Shown here one piece after another: positions 28,579 through 37,349 of a DNA stretch of 64,000 nucleotides. Within the stretch, counting starts at the first letter, position 1, and the number at the start of each line of letters is the position of its first letter. Position numbers and translations under genes: made by a program. The notes beneath the pieces are model-generated. The model was not told the origin of the DNA. It saw only the letters and a program-made list of their open reading frames with translations, and ran no database searches. Source of the DNA: Candidatus Bathyarchaeia archaeon (GTDB lineage Archaea; Thermoproteota; Bathyarchaeia; Bathyarchaeales; Bathycorpusculaceae); NCBI GenBank assembly GCA_049515895.1, contig JBEKTQ010000015.1, forward strand, positions 1-64,000. The letters run 5' to 3'.

Positions 28579-29231
28579 TGAAGCGTGACTTTGACTCTTT
28601 GCGTGTCACTGCCTATTTCCTTTTGGTTTTTCTAATTGTTGTTGGAGTGGCAGTTTGGCTTTTGAACCTAATCAGTCAACAAAGGATTTTCGGTTTCTTG
28701 ATGGGCGCTGAATTCGTTGCGTTCGCCATGCTCGTCTACCTTTTTTACATGGAAGACCCCGTAGCCGCCAAGAAAATATTATTCTCGGGGTTCGTTGCCT
28801 TAGGAATCCTAGTTGTATTAGCGGCTGCCGTTTTAGGAGGCATTGGTACACCTGCGACGTTGCCCAAACCCAATGTCTCAGTAACCCTCTACGCGGGGGA
28901 AGTTTCTCTTACACAGTACGGGTTCGGCAACGACGCAATCTCCATAACTTCGCCGGGTCCGACTTTAACCTTCACCGTTGGCGATGTTGTGAACATGACC
29001 GTTTTCAACGCGGGAACCATGCCTCATAATTGGGCGCTAGTCGCTTCCAAGGATACCTCAGGCAAAGTTCTGTTCGGCGCAGTAATCGACAGCGGTCAAG
29101 TCCCCATACCGCCTAACGAAACAGCATCGGTTGTTTTTAGAGTCACAAAATCGGGGAACTACTTCTACATTTGTCAGGTTGCGGGTCACGTTCAGTCAGG
29201 CATGTGGGGTAATGTGGTAGTGAATCCGTGA
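28578..29231 (+). CDS. Membrane-anchored (3 TM) blue copper protein, sulfocyanin/rusticyanin-like
   Basis: PGPTL...MPHNW...YICQVAGHVQSGMWG gives the type-1 Cu ligand set H/C/H/M. Confidence 0.9.
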   Translation: MKRDFDSLRVTAYFLLVFLIVVGVAVWLLNLISQQRIFGFLMGAEFVAFAMLVYLFYMEDPVAAKKILFSGFVALGILVVLAAAVLGGIGTPATLPKPNVSVTLYAGEVSLTQYGFGNDAISITSPGPTLTFTVGDVVNMTVFNAGTMPHNWALVASKDTSGKVLFGAVIDSGQVPIPPNETASVVFRVTKSGNYFYICQVAGHVQSGMWGNVVVNP

Positions 29232-30013
29232 CACAAAAAATCGCTGAAGAATTTTCTGCCTCGTGCCTATTTTTCTTTGCAAGCTTGCTCACTGGCCTAG
29301 TAAGCGTCATGGCGTTGAGTTTTGTTTGGGCAAAACAAAGAGCCGAAAAGCAACTTGAACCCCAAAAAACAGCGGGTTTCCTTGCCAATGAGCAAAGAGC
29401 ACTGAATTTTTACAAAATATTTTCCTTTGCCTACGACATTTTGAACCCGTACCTGTATACTGATGCCATGCGCAGCGAAATTGTAAATCAAATCGAAAAC
29501 GGCGCAAACCAGCGGGTGCTTGACGTCGGATGCGGAACAGGCTACACCACGTCAGGAGTTTTGAAGCGGAAAGACGTTTCGGAGGTTGTCGGTTTGGACA
29601 TGAATCCCGTACAACTAAAAAGAGCCGTCAAGAACCTGCACTCAGAAAAGGGGAGAACGCTTATTTCAAGAGGCGACGCGGACAACTTGCCGTTCATCGA
29701 CTCGTCTTTCGACGCGGTAATTTCTGTTGGAGCCGTCGAGTATTTTCAAGACCCTGAAAAAACGGTGAAAGAGCTGACTAGGGTCGCAAGACCTGGTGGA
29801 ACCGTGATTGTGGGCGGTCCTGAATCGAGATGGTTCAGCAAGTTTGCTTTAAACAGGGTTTTCTATACGCCCTCACCCGAGGAAATGGAGAGTATTTTCG
29901 GCAAAGCGGACCTTGTCAGGGTGAAATCCCACTTGACGGGCGTGAAAACTTTTTTCGGAACAAACAAATACGTCGTGTTTGCAGTAGGGAAGAAACCAGA
30001 AAGCCCACGGTGA
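29228..30013 (+). CDS. Prenylquinol C-methyltransferase (MenG/UbiE, VTE3-like)
   Basis: FYKIFSFAYDILNPYLYTDAMR, VLDVGCGTG, GDADNLPF...SFD; N-terminal TM; faces the menA-like gene. Confidence 0.75.
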   Translation: MTQKIAEEFSASCLFFFASLLTGLVSVMALSFVWAKQRAEKQLEPQKTAGFLANEQRALNFYKIFSFAYDILNPYLYTDAMRSEIVNQIENGANQRVLDVGCGTGYTTSGVLKRKDVSEVVGLDMNPVQLKRAVKNLHSEKGRTLISRGDADNLPFIDSSFDAVISVGAVEYFQDPEKTVKELTRVARPGGTVIVGGPESRWFSKFALNRVFYTPSPEEMESIFGKADLVRVKSHLTGVKTFFGTNKYVVFAVGKKPESPR

Positions 30014-30026
30014 AAGGCAGCGAAAC

Positions 30027-31058
30027 TTAAGCTCTTTTTCTTGTATTAAGCAGTGTCCAAGCTACCGGGGCATAAGCAGCCACCAACACCCCCAAGATGT
30101 AGGCGAGTTGAACTGGGTTGGCCATGTTCAAGATCCCTGCGACTGAGTAGCCTGCGATTAAACCGAAGCTGGTGACGCTGTGTGCCACTATCATATCGAG
30201 GTTAGCGGGAGCCATCAGCCGCGGGTTATCTTTATGCGCCCGAACGACCCTGATCGAGCGGATCACGAGGGGCAGTGAGAGCAAAGCGAAAAGTGTGTAG
30301 AGCGGTATGATGCCCAGCAAAGCGGAAGCAACGATTATGGCGTAAGTGCATATCCAACTCGCCACGTAAAGTTTGACGCCTGCCTCTTTGCCGTACCTTG
30401 CGACAAGCGTGAGTTTCCCGGCAGCCGTGTCCTCTGCGATATCGGGAATCTCGTTTATCACAATCATCGAGAACAGCATTACCCCCAAAGGCAAAGTCGC
30501 CAAAAACGCCTGCAGGGTCAGGGTTTGTGCTTGAACGTAAAAGGCGCCTAAACCTATTATTGAGCCAAAATTCACCAGTAGGGCAAGCTCGCCCAGCCCG
30601 TGGTGGCTGAAGCTTATGGGTGGAGCGGTGTAGAAGACAGCGCAAAATACGCCGAATACCCCGAATGCCAAGATAGGTAAGCCCCGGGTTAACGTTAGGT
30701 ATAACCCCACAGCCAAAGTGACTAGGTAGCAGAGCGTGAAAGCTTTAAACATGCTCCTAGGCGCCAGAAGCCCGTTGCTCAGGGTCCCGCTGCCGCCCGA
30801 ATACGGGTTCTTCTCGCCCGGCCCAAGCGTGTCCACGCTGTGCTTGTAGTCGAAGTAGTCGTCGGTCATGTTTAAGCCGATGTGATTGATGATAATGGCA
30901 ACGAGCACAAGCAGAAAATAAAGCGGGGAAAACCCACTTTTAGTTGCCCAGCTAACTAAGCCGCCTAGGACAGCGGGAAAGATGCTGGGAGGAACAAAGT
31001 GGTAGCGGAAGGCGAGCCACCAGACTTTCGCTTTACTTGTTTTAGGTATGAACGTCAT
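30027..31058 (-). CDS. menA: 1,4-dihydroxy-2-naphthoate polyprenyltransferase (MenA/UbiA family)
   Basis: NMTDDYFDYKHSVD, YSGGSG, YTAPP...GLGE, NEIPDIAEDTAAGKLTL. Confidence 0.88.
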   Translation of the reverse strand: MTFIPKTSKAKVWWLAFRYHFVPPSIFPAVLGGLVSWATKSGFSPLYFLLVLVAIIINHIGLNMTDDYFDYKHSVDTLGPGEKNPYSGGSGTLSNGLLAPRSMFKAFTLCYLVTLAVGLYLTLTRGLPILAFGVFGVFCAVFYTAPPISFSHHGLGELALLVNFGSIIGLGAFYVQAQTLTLQAFLATLPLGVMLFSMIVINEIPDIAEDTAAGKLTLVARYGKEAGVKLYVASWICTYAIIVASALLGIIPLYTLFALLSLPLVIRSIRVVRAHKDNPRLMAPANLDMIVAHSVTSFGLIAGYSVAGILNMANPVQLAYILGVLVAAYAPVAWTLLNTRKRA

Positions 31059-31226
31059 GACTATTCAATCCAGCAAGAAATGTTGGACTAATGGTTGACT
31101 ATGAAATAAATCAACCAAATAAGTCCTTATTCAATGGGTTAGCGATAGCAGGCGCCAAAACGTCTGCGTCTAAACAACCTAACTGCGCTAACTATCTTGA
31201 TAAAACTTTTGATTAAAAAACAAGAG

Positions 31227-31526
31227 CTATTGAGCCGCTTCTTGTGCTTTGCGTTTCCTGAAGAGGATGAACACGTGTCCTCTAACTTCAACCAACGCGG
31301 AATGGGTCTGCTCCGCGGCTTTAGACGCTATTGTCTGAGCCGTGTTACTTCCTTGCAAGGCTGCTGGCAAAATTCTGACCTTAACCATCTTGTTTTTCTC
31401 CAGTTGCTTTTCTATCTCTCCTGCGCACTGCTGGGTTAAGCCTTCTTTGCCGACCCAGATGGTTGGGTTCTCATCCTTAAGTACGTGCCTAACGTGACGT
31501 TTCATTCGTGTCTTTATTTTGCTCAA
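31227..31526 (-). CDS. YhbY/CRM RNA-binding protein
   Basis: PTIWVGKEGLT...MVKVRIL...VEVRGHVFILFR. Confidence 0.92.
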   Translation of the reverse strand: MSKIKTRMKRHVRHVLKDENPTIWVGKEGLTQQCAGEIEKQLEKNKMVKVRILPAALQGSNTAQTIASKAAEQTHSALVEVRGHVFILFRKRKAQEAAQ

Positions 31527-31848
31527 GATCCTCTTGCTCCTTTCTCTTTCTTAACATTATACGGATTTGATTGCCGCAGTTTAAGCAGGTTATTACAACA
31601 TGAGGCTCCCTTTTCTGCTTTACCCTAAACCTACAATTATAGCCTTGTACGAGCAGCGCATTGCATTTTTTGCATGTTTGTCTCCGAAAGTCAATGGGCA
31701 CACGGATTCTTGCAGCCATGGCGATCCTTCGAGCAGATTTAACGTACTGCATGGCTAATTTAGGGTCACTTACAGAAACATTCTTTGCCTCATCAAACAA
31801 TGTTTGAATCCGCTGCCTCGCTATTTGCTTAACGCTGGTTTGCCTCAT
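31489..31848 (-). CDS. rnp4: RNase P protein component 4 (Rpp21)
   Basis: IARQRIQTLF...YVKSARRIA...CKKC...CLNCG. Confidence 0.94.
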   Translation of the reverse strand: MRQTSVKQIARQRIQTLFDEAKNVSVSDPKLAMQYVKSARRIAMAARIRVPIDFRRQTCKKCNALLVQGYNCRFRVKQKREPHVVITCLNCGNQIRIMLRKRKEQEDLEQNKDTNETSR

Positions 31849-31902
31849 TTAGCCTTCACAAACAACCAATTGACATCAGGAAAATAACACTTGCGCCTTT
31901 AA

Positions 31903-32811
31903 TCAGTTGTTTCCCCAAAGTTCAACTTTCAACCGTTTCAGCGCTTCATGAATCTCAAGCGGCTTGTTTTTCAGAGTCCGCTGGGCTTTTGAGGTGTCAA
32001 GCGACGAATCCATCGGTCGTTTTGCAGGCCACTTGAACTCCGAAGACAGAACGGGGTCGATAAGGGTTTTGTCCAAGTCAAATGTTTCAGCGATCAGTTG
32101 GGCAAACTGGAATCTGCTGACCCTTGTGACACCGCAAAGGTGGAAGGTCCCGGTTAAGCGTCGTTCAGCCGCTTCCAGAGTCATCTCTGCAAGATTAGTG
32201 TTTAGTGTGGGCGTGTTCCACTGATCAGTAACGATTTTCACGCGCTCTCCTTTGCGGAGCGTTTCGATTAGCCATAGGGCAAAGTTTACTTTTCCAGCTG
32301 CCGGAGTGGACCCGTAAATGACGCTTGGCCTACCTATGAGATATTCTGGCTGAGCATTGACCAACTCTTCAGCCTTGAGCTTGGTTAGCCCATAGTTATT
32401 AATCGGGTTAGGCGTATCCAACTCGGAGTAATTGCCTTTTTCGCCGTTAAAAACGTAATCCGTTGAAATGTAAATCAAAAAAGAACCCTCGCTCTTGGCT
32501 GCTTCGACGATGTTTCGGGTGCCTTCAACGTTGATTTTCCAGGCAAGCTCTTTGTTCAATTCACACTTATCGACGTCAGTCAGGGTCGCTGCGTGAACCA
32601 CAACGTCGGGCTTAACGCGCCTAAACGCTTGGTCAACCAACTCTTTGTTTGAAACGTCAAATTTCACAAAGTTGCCGCAAACGGGAATCTCTTGGACATC
32701 ACACGAGTAGACTTCAATGTTTCTTTCAAGTGCCATCTTCGCAAGTTTTGAGCCATAGAGACCGCTGGCTCCAGTGATTAGAAGTTTCAGTGGAATCCAC
32801 CGAGCTTCCAC
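31903..32811 (-). CDS. rmlD: dTDP-4-dehydrorhamnose reductase (start may be CTG at 32790)
   Basis: ITGASGLYG, TDVDKCE, ISTDYVFNG, YGLTK, DQWNTPT. Confidence 0.92.
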   Translation of the reverse strand: MEARWIPLKLLITGASGLYGSKLAKMALERNIEVYSCDVQEIPVCGNFVKFDVSNKELVDQAFRRVKPDVVVHAATLTDVDKCELNKELAWKINVEGTRNIVEAAKSEGSFLIYISTDYVFNGEKGNYSELDTPNPINNYGLTKLKAEELVNAQPEYLIGRPSVIYGSTPAAGKVNFALWLIETLRKGERVKIVTDQWNTPTLNTNLAEMTLEAAERRLTGTFHLCGVTRVSRFQFAQLIAETFDLDKTLIDPVLSSEFKWPAKRPMDSSLDTSKAQRTLKNKPLEIHEALKRLKVELWGNN

Positions 32812-33794
32812 GGTGTAGGATGAAGAATCACGTCGTTAGCGAACGGAGTCCACCAATGCTCGTTGTCGAGGTACCAGCGGACCGTGGACTCTAAAGATTC
32901 TTCAAAGCTACATTTCGGCAGCCAATTCAATGTCTTCCTTATTTTTGACGAATCCAAGCTGTACCTTGTATCGTGTCCAGGACGATCTTCAACAAAATTA
33001 ATCAAACTCTCAGGTTTGCGCAGTGCAGCAAGGATTTTCTTTGCAATCTCTACGTTGGGAATTTCGTTTCCAGCTGAAATGTTATATACTTCACCGGCTT
33101 TGCCCTTCTCAAGAACCGTTGCGATTGCTTCACAGTGATCTTGGACGTATATCCAATCGCGGATGTTTTTGCCAGACCCGTAGATGGGTATTGGAAGATC
33201 CCTTTGGGCACGTATAATGGTTTTCGGAATAAGTTTCTCGGGTAATTGGTAGGGACCGAAATTGTTTGTGCAGCGGGTGATAGACACATTCAAGTTGTAA
33301 GTTCTATAGTACGAAAGGACAAACATGTCAGCGGCAGCTTTGGAAGCGGAGTAAGGATTGGACGGTTTAGGCGGCTCATCTTCAGTAAATGAACCTTCCA
33401 GCGCTTCACCGTAAACCTCATCAGTTGAAACCTGCAAAAGCCGGACTTTATGGTTATGCCTTCGTATTGCTTCTAAGACTGTGAAGGTGCCAATCGTGTT
33501 GTTCTGCAGAAACACGTTTGGGTCGGCGATACTTCTGTCCACATGAGTCTCCGCAGCAATGTTAACAATGGCGTCCACCTGATGGATGAGCCTGCTTATA
33601 AGCAATGGATTGCAAATGTCGCCTTTAATGAAGGTGTACCTTTTGTCGTTTTCAACATCATGCAGGTTAGCCGGGTTGGCACCTATACCTATCTTGTCGA
33701 CGTTTATCAATTCATGATCAGGGCACTTCTCAAGGATGTACCGGCAAAAATTGCTGCCGATGAAACCTAAACCGCCAGTAACTAACAATCTCAT
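32787..33794 (-). CDS. rmlB: dTDP-glucose 4,6-dehydratase
   Basis: GGLGFIG, AAETHVDRSI, STDEVYG, YSASK, DRPGHD. Confidence 0.96.
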   Translation of the reverse strand: MRLLVTGGLGFIGSNFCRYILEKCPDHELINVDKIGIGANPANLHDVENDKRYTFIKGDICNPLLISRLIHQVDAIVNIAAETHVDRSIADPNVFLQNNTIGTFTVLEAIRRHNHKVRLLQVSTDEVYGEALEGSFTEDEPPKPSNPYSASKAAADMFVLSYYRTYNLNVSITRCTNNFGPYQLPEKLIPKTIIRAQRDLPIPIYGSGKNIRDWIYVQDHCEAIATVLEKGKAGEVYNISAGNEIPNVEIAKKILAALRKPESLINFVEDRPGHDTRYSLDSSKIRKTLNWLPKCSFEESLESTVRWYLDNEHWWTPFANDVILHPTPWKLGGFH

Positions 33795-33800
33795 GGTTGA

Positions 33801-34322
33801 TCACTTGTGAGCCGGGAGATTCCAGTCCCAAGCTTTACCGACACGCATATCCGTTTTTTTGCCGTTTATAATTTTGGGGATAAGTGAGGGGTCATTCCAG
33901 GGTCTGCGTTCTTCGTCGGGGTTGGCGGGATCATAGAGGTTGGTTGTAAAGTACAGCAGTATAGCCAATTCGTCACCGAGCGCTTTAAAACCATGCCAGT
34001 AATGACCGGGAACGCGCACTAGCTGCAGGTTTAGTGCGCTTGAGATAACCTCGTTAAGTTCGTTGGTGTCTTCGTCGAAAGCGCAGATTTTTATTAATCC
34101 TTTAATCGCCAGGAAATAATCTGTTTGCCCTTTGAGATGCCTGTGCCATGCACGGATGACTCCGGGATAAGTAGATGAAAGATTCGCTTGCGCAACCGTG
34201 TCTTCACCGAACAGGTCCTTCCAGTCTTTGCGCATAACTTCAGTGAAAGAGCCGCGTTCATCTGGCAAACGATTTATTGGCTTTACCCGTATCCCCTCTA
34301 ACATGACATTGCTTCCCTGCAT
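33801..34322 (-). CDS. rmlC: dTDP-4-dehydrorhamnose 3,5-epimerase
   Basis: DERGSFTE, VIRAWHRH, WHGFK; located in the rml cluster. Confidence 0.9.
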   Translation of the reverse strand: MQGSNVMLEGIRVKPINRLPDERGSFTEVMRKDWKDLFGEDTVAQANLSSTYPGVIRAWHRHLKGQTDYFLAIKGLIKICAFDEDTNELNEVISSALNLQLVRVPGHYWHGFKALGDELAILLYFTTNLYDPANPDEERRPWNDPSLIPKIINGKKTDMRVGKAWDWNLPAHK

Positions 34323-34365
34323 TAATGCCTATAATAATATTTATAATAGTTGTTGTGTTCTCGGG

Positions 34366-35424
34366 TTAAACTTCTAGCTCCGAGTAGTCGCCTACATGCA
34401 GCTTGATGGTCCTGTTCCTCTGGTTCTTTGTCACTTTTGCGTTTTTTCCAATTAGACTGTCTTCCAGCCGCTCAATGTCTTTAACAATGACGTTTTCTTG
34501 TATAACGCAGTATTCGATGTTGGAGTTGACGACTTGCGACCCGTTGCCAACACTGGTGTATGGTCCAATGAATGAGTTTTCAATCAACGTGCCTCTTCCT
34601 ATTACACATGGTCCTCTGATGGTACTATTCACAACTTTGGCTTCTGGCTCAATCTTAACTCTGCCGTCTATTGAACTGTTTATTACTTGCCCTTTTACGT
34701 CAAGCGTGATGTATTCATCGAGGATCTTCGCGTTTGCCGATAGAATATCGTCTTTTTTACCTGTGTCCAGCCACCAAGAATTCAAGATTTCAGCTTTGAC
34801 CTTGAAACCCATGTTTATCATTTCTTGGATAGCATCAGTGATTTCCAGCTCTCCCCGCCAAGAGGGCTTTATCCGCTCTATCGCCTGGTGGATTTTGCCT
34901 GAGAAGAGATATGTGCCTATGATTGCAAGGTTACCCATCCGGGTCTGAGGCTTCTCAACCAATTTGAGTATGTTTCCTTTTTCATCAAGTTGAGCTATGC
35001 CAAAACTGGATGGGTTATCTACCTCTTTGAGGATGATGAGTCCATCAAGATGTTCACTTTTGAATTTCTTCACAAACGAATTTAGTCCTTGACCAGTAAC
35101 GTTGTCACCGAGGCACATGACGAAAGAATCTTGCCCCAAAAACCGTTTAGCAGTCTTAACCGCATGCGCTAAACCAAGCGGCTCTTGAGGAATATAGGTA
35201 ACATCAATGCCCCATGCTGAACCATCGTTAACGTAGTCCTTAACGTATTGTCCAGTCTCGGGCGCAGTGATTATGCCGACTTTCTTTATTGTGGTCGACG
35301 CGACCTGGTCAAGAACGTACCCTAATATGGGTTTGTTAGCCACTGGAATGAGCTGTTTTGCGCAAGTGAAAGTCAAAGGTCTAAGACGAGTGCCTTTTCC
35401 CCCGCTGAGAACAAGTGCTTTCAT
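34366..35424 (-). CDS. rmlA: Glucose-1-phosphate thymidylyltransferase (long form)
   Basis: MKALVLSGGKGTRLRPLT, KQLIPVANKP, RGELEITD, WLDTG. Confidence 0.95.
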   Translation of the reverse strand: MKALVLSGGKGTRLRPLTFTCAKQLIPVANKPILGYVLDQVASTTIKKVGIITAPETGQYVKDYVNDGSAWGIDVTYIPQEPLGLAHAVKTAKRFLGQDSFVMCLGDNVTGQGLNSFVKKFKSEHLDGLIILKEVDNPSSFGIAQLDEKGNILKLVEKPQTRMGNLAIIGTYLFSGKIHQAIERIKPSWRGELEITDAIQEMINMGFKVKAEILNSWWLDTGKKDDILSANAKILDEYITLDVKGQVINSSIDGRVKIEPEAKVVNSTIRGPCVIGRGTLIENSFIGPYTSVGNGSQVVNSNIEYCVIQENVIVKDIERLEDSLIGKNAKVTKNQRNRTIKLHVGDYSELEV

Positions 35425-35517
35425 GTAAATCCCAAATGCTAGTTTTAGTTTCAATTATAACCTGCTTTTTCACTTAAAGCTTACGTTAAAACAACCATTT
35501 ACCCCAAATATTTTCTA

Positions 35518-37143
35518 CTAATCGGACGTTGCTTGTCTCGCAATCGAATAACGCGAATTAGACCCGCCCATTAATTTTTCAATGACATTTAACAGAAAAC
35601 GTACGAGTCCTCGAAGAGGCCCGAGTGCATCTGAGATTTGACGAAGAGTAGTTAGGTCCCCTCTGTCGATGGTCCGGGTTACTATGGCAGCCAAAACGAA
35701 GATTATCGGGAAAACAATTATTCCTATGACTAACTGTTCCAGCGGGACTGAGACAAACCTGAACGCAGCTAGAGGTAACTTCGAAATCAGAATGTAGGTT
35801 GAACCGGCGGCTATGCCTGAAGACAACAGAATCTTAACGGAAGACAACCAATCCACTGACACCCCGAATTTCTTCTTAAGGAAGCTTAGCCCAACGAATA
35901 AACTTGGTAGACCAACAGTTAAAGAAGTAGCAATTAACCCCACCACACCGAACTGAGAAATTAACAGGAAACCAACGGGAACACCAATCCCAACTTGAAG
36001 AACAGAAAGGCCCAGGTTGAATTTTGTGAATCCTTGTCCCAGCAGCAAGTTGCTTATACTTAGGCTTCCCAAAGCAGCGTAAAGATAAGTAACTGAAAGT
36101 AACGCCAAGAACAATGGAGCCGAGGAATAACTGTTGCGGTATATGAATCCGACGCCGGGTTGCGCAAGCGCAATAACCAAGGCTGCGACTGGCACGACAA
36201 TAAGCGAGGCATACTTTACCGAATATTGAAATACAGTTTTCAGGGTATCATGATCTTTTCGGTAGTCCAGTTTCGAGAAAGCGGGAAATAACATGGTTGT
36301 GACGGGCGTAGCGAAGAAAGTTATTAGAATCGAGAAATTTATGGCCAAGTTGTAGTTTCCGATCAGGGCGTTATTTGTTACGTAAAATGCCAGTATGTAA
36401 CTGTAGAATGCCGTCAGTAATCCGGTAAGTATGGTACCGATCGAAACAGGAATGCCATATCCCAACATGGTTTTGATCGTCGAAATGATCTCAGTTCTTG
36501 TTGATGATTTAGGTAGCAATCTGTAGATACTCCACACTATAATTACTCCAGCTAGCCCAGCAATCAGGGCGGAAACGGTGTAACCTGTTATCGCTCCTAG
36601 AGTCCCAAAACCTAACAGTACAAGTCCAATTATCAAACCAGTTTTGATGGTTGACTGAATTATCAGCATGAAGCTGTAGTAGTGCATTATTTCCAGTCCG
36701 GTGAAAGCGGCAGTTGCGGAGTTCACCAGCGCCCCCGATAGGATAAAGAACGAGGCGATTTGAATTAACGGAACTATTGTGGGACGGTGCAGACTTGAGG
36801 CTATAAAAGGAGAAAGAGCAAATGAGAGGAGAGAAAGCGATAAGCCTAGCGCAATCTCGAAAACTAAACCTGAGACTATGATGCCTCTTATTCTTGTTTT
36901 GTCTTCAACGTTGTACTGCGCGGAGTATTTTACCATAGCTGAGTTTACTCCGCAATCACGAAATGTGGCGATTAGTGTCGGTCCGACGAGGGCTATTGAG
37001 TATAAACCGTAGTTTTGTGCACCAAGAATGTAAGTGATTGCCAAGATTCCTACGAAAGAGATGACCGTGGAGGCAATTAGGCCCCACATAAGGTTGAAGC
37101 CGCCTCTTGCTGAAACCTTCGCCATCTCTGTGCCTTTACTCAT
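35518..37143 (-). CDS. Oligosaccharide flippase (Wzx/MOP family)
   Basis: About 14 TM helices, LGAQNYGLY, LFPAFSKL; glycan-locus context. Confidence 0.88.
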   Translation of the reverse strand: MSKGTEMAKVSARGGFNLMWGLIASTVISFVGILAITYILGAQNYGLYSIALVGPTLIATFRDCGVNSAMVKYSAQYNVEDKTRIRGIIVSGLVFEIALGLSLSLLSFALSPFIASSLHRPTIVPLIQIASFFILSGALVNSATAAFTGLEIMHYYSFMLIIQSTIKTGLIIGLVLLGFGTLGAITGYTVSALIAGLAGVIIVWSIYRLLPKSSTRTEIISTIKTMLGYGIPVSIGTILTGLLTAFYSYILAFYVTNNALIGNYNLAINFSILITFFATPVTTMLFPAFSKLDYRKDHDTLKTVFQYSVKYASLIVVPVAALVIALAQPGVGFIYRNSYSSAPLFLALLSVTYLYAALGSLSISNLLLGQGFTKFNLGLSVLQVGIGVPVGFLLISQFGVVGLIATSLTVGLPSLFVGLSFLKKKFGVSVDWLSSVKILLSSGIAAGSTYILISKLPLAAFRFVSVPLEQLVIGIIVFPIIFVLAAIVTRTIDRGDLTTLRQISDALGPLRGLVRFLLNVIEKLMGGSNSRYSIARQATSD

Positions 37144-37349
37144 GATTTTTCCCAAGTTTGTTCTCAAATGTGAAGTTAAACTATCGATTGGGTACCCTTG
37201 CGTTTATCGCTTTTGGTTCAAAGCACCAAATTCAGAATTTAAAAGAAAATGCATTAAAATTTGCGTGCGAGAGTTTGAACGTACACATTGTTTCTTCTCA
37301 GGTTTTTTCAGGCATTCAAGTTCGCTTACAAAATGAATTTTGTTTCTTG

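Noticed and set aside
11790-31226. Respiratory block as an active mobile element
   Set aside because: No integrase, transposase or terminal repeats were found by eye at either boundary.
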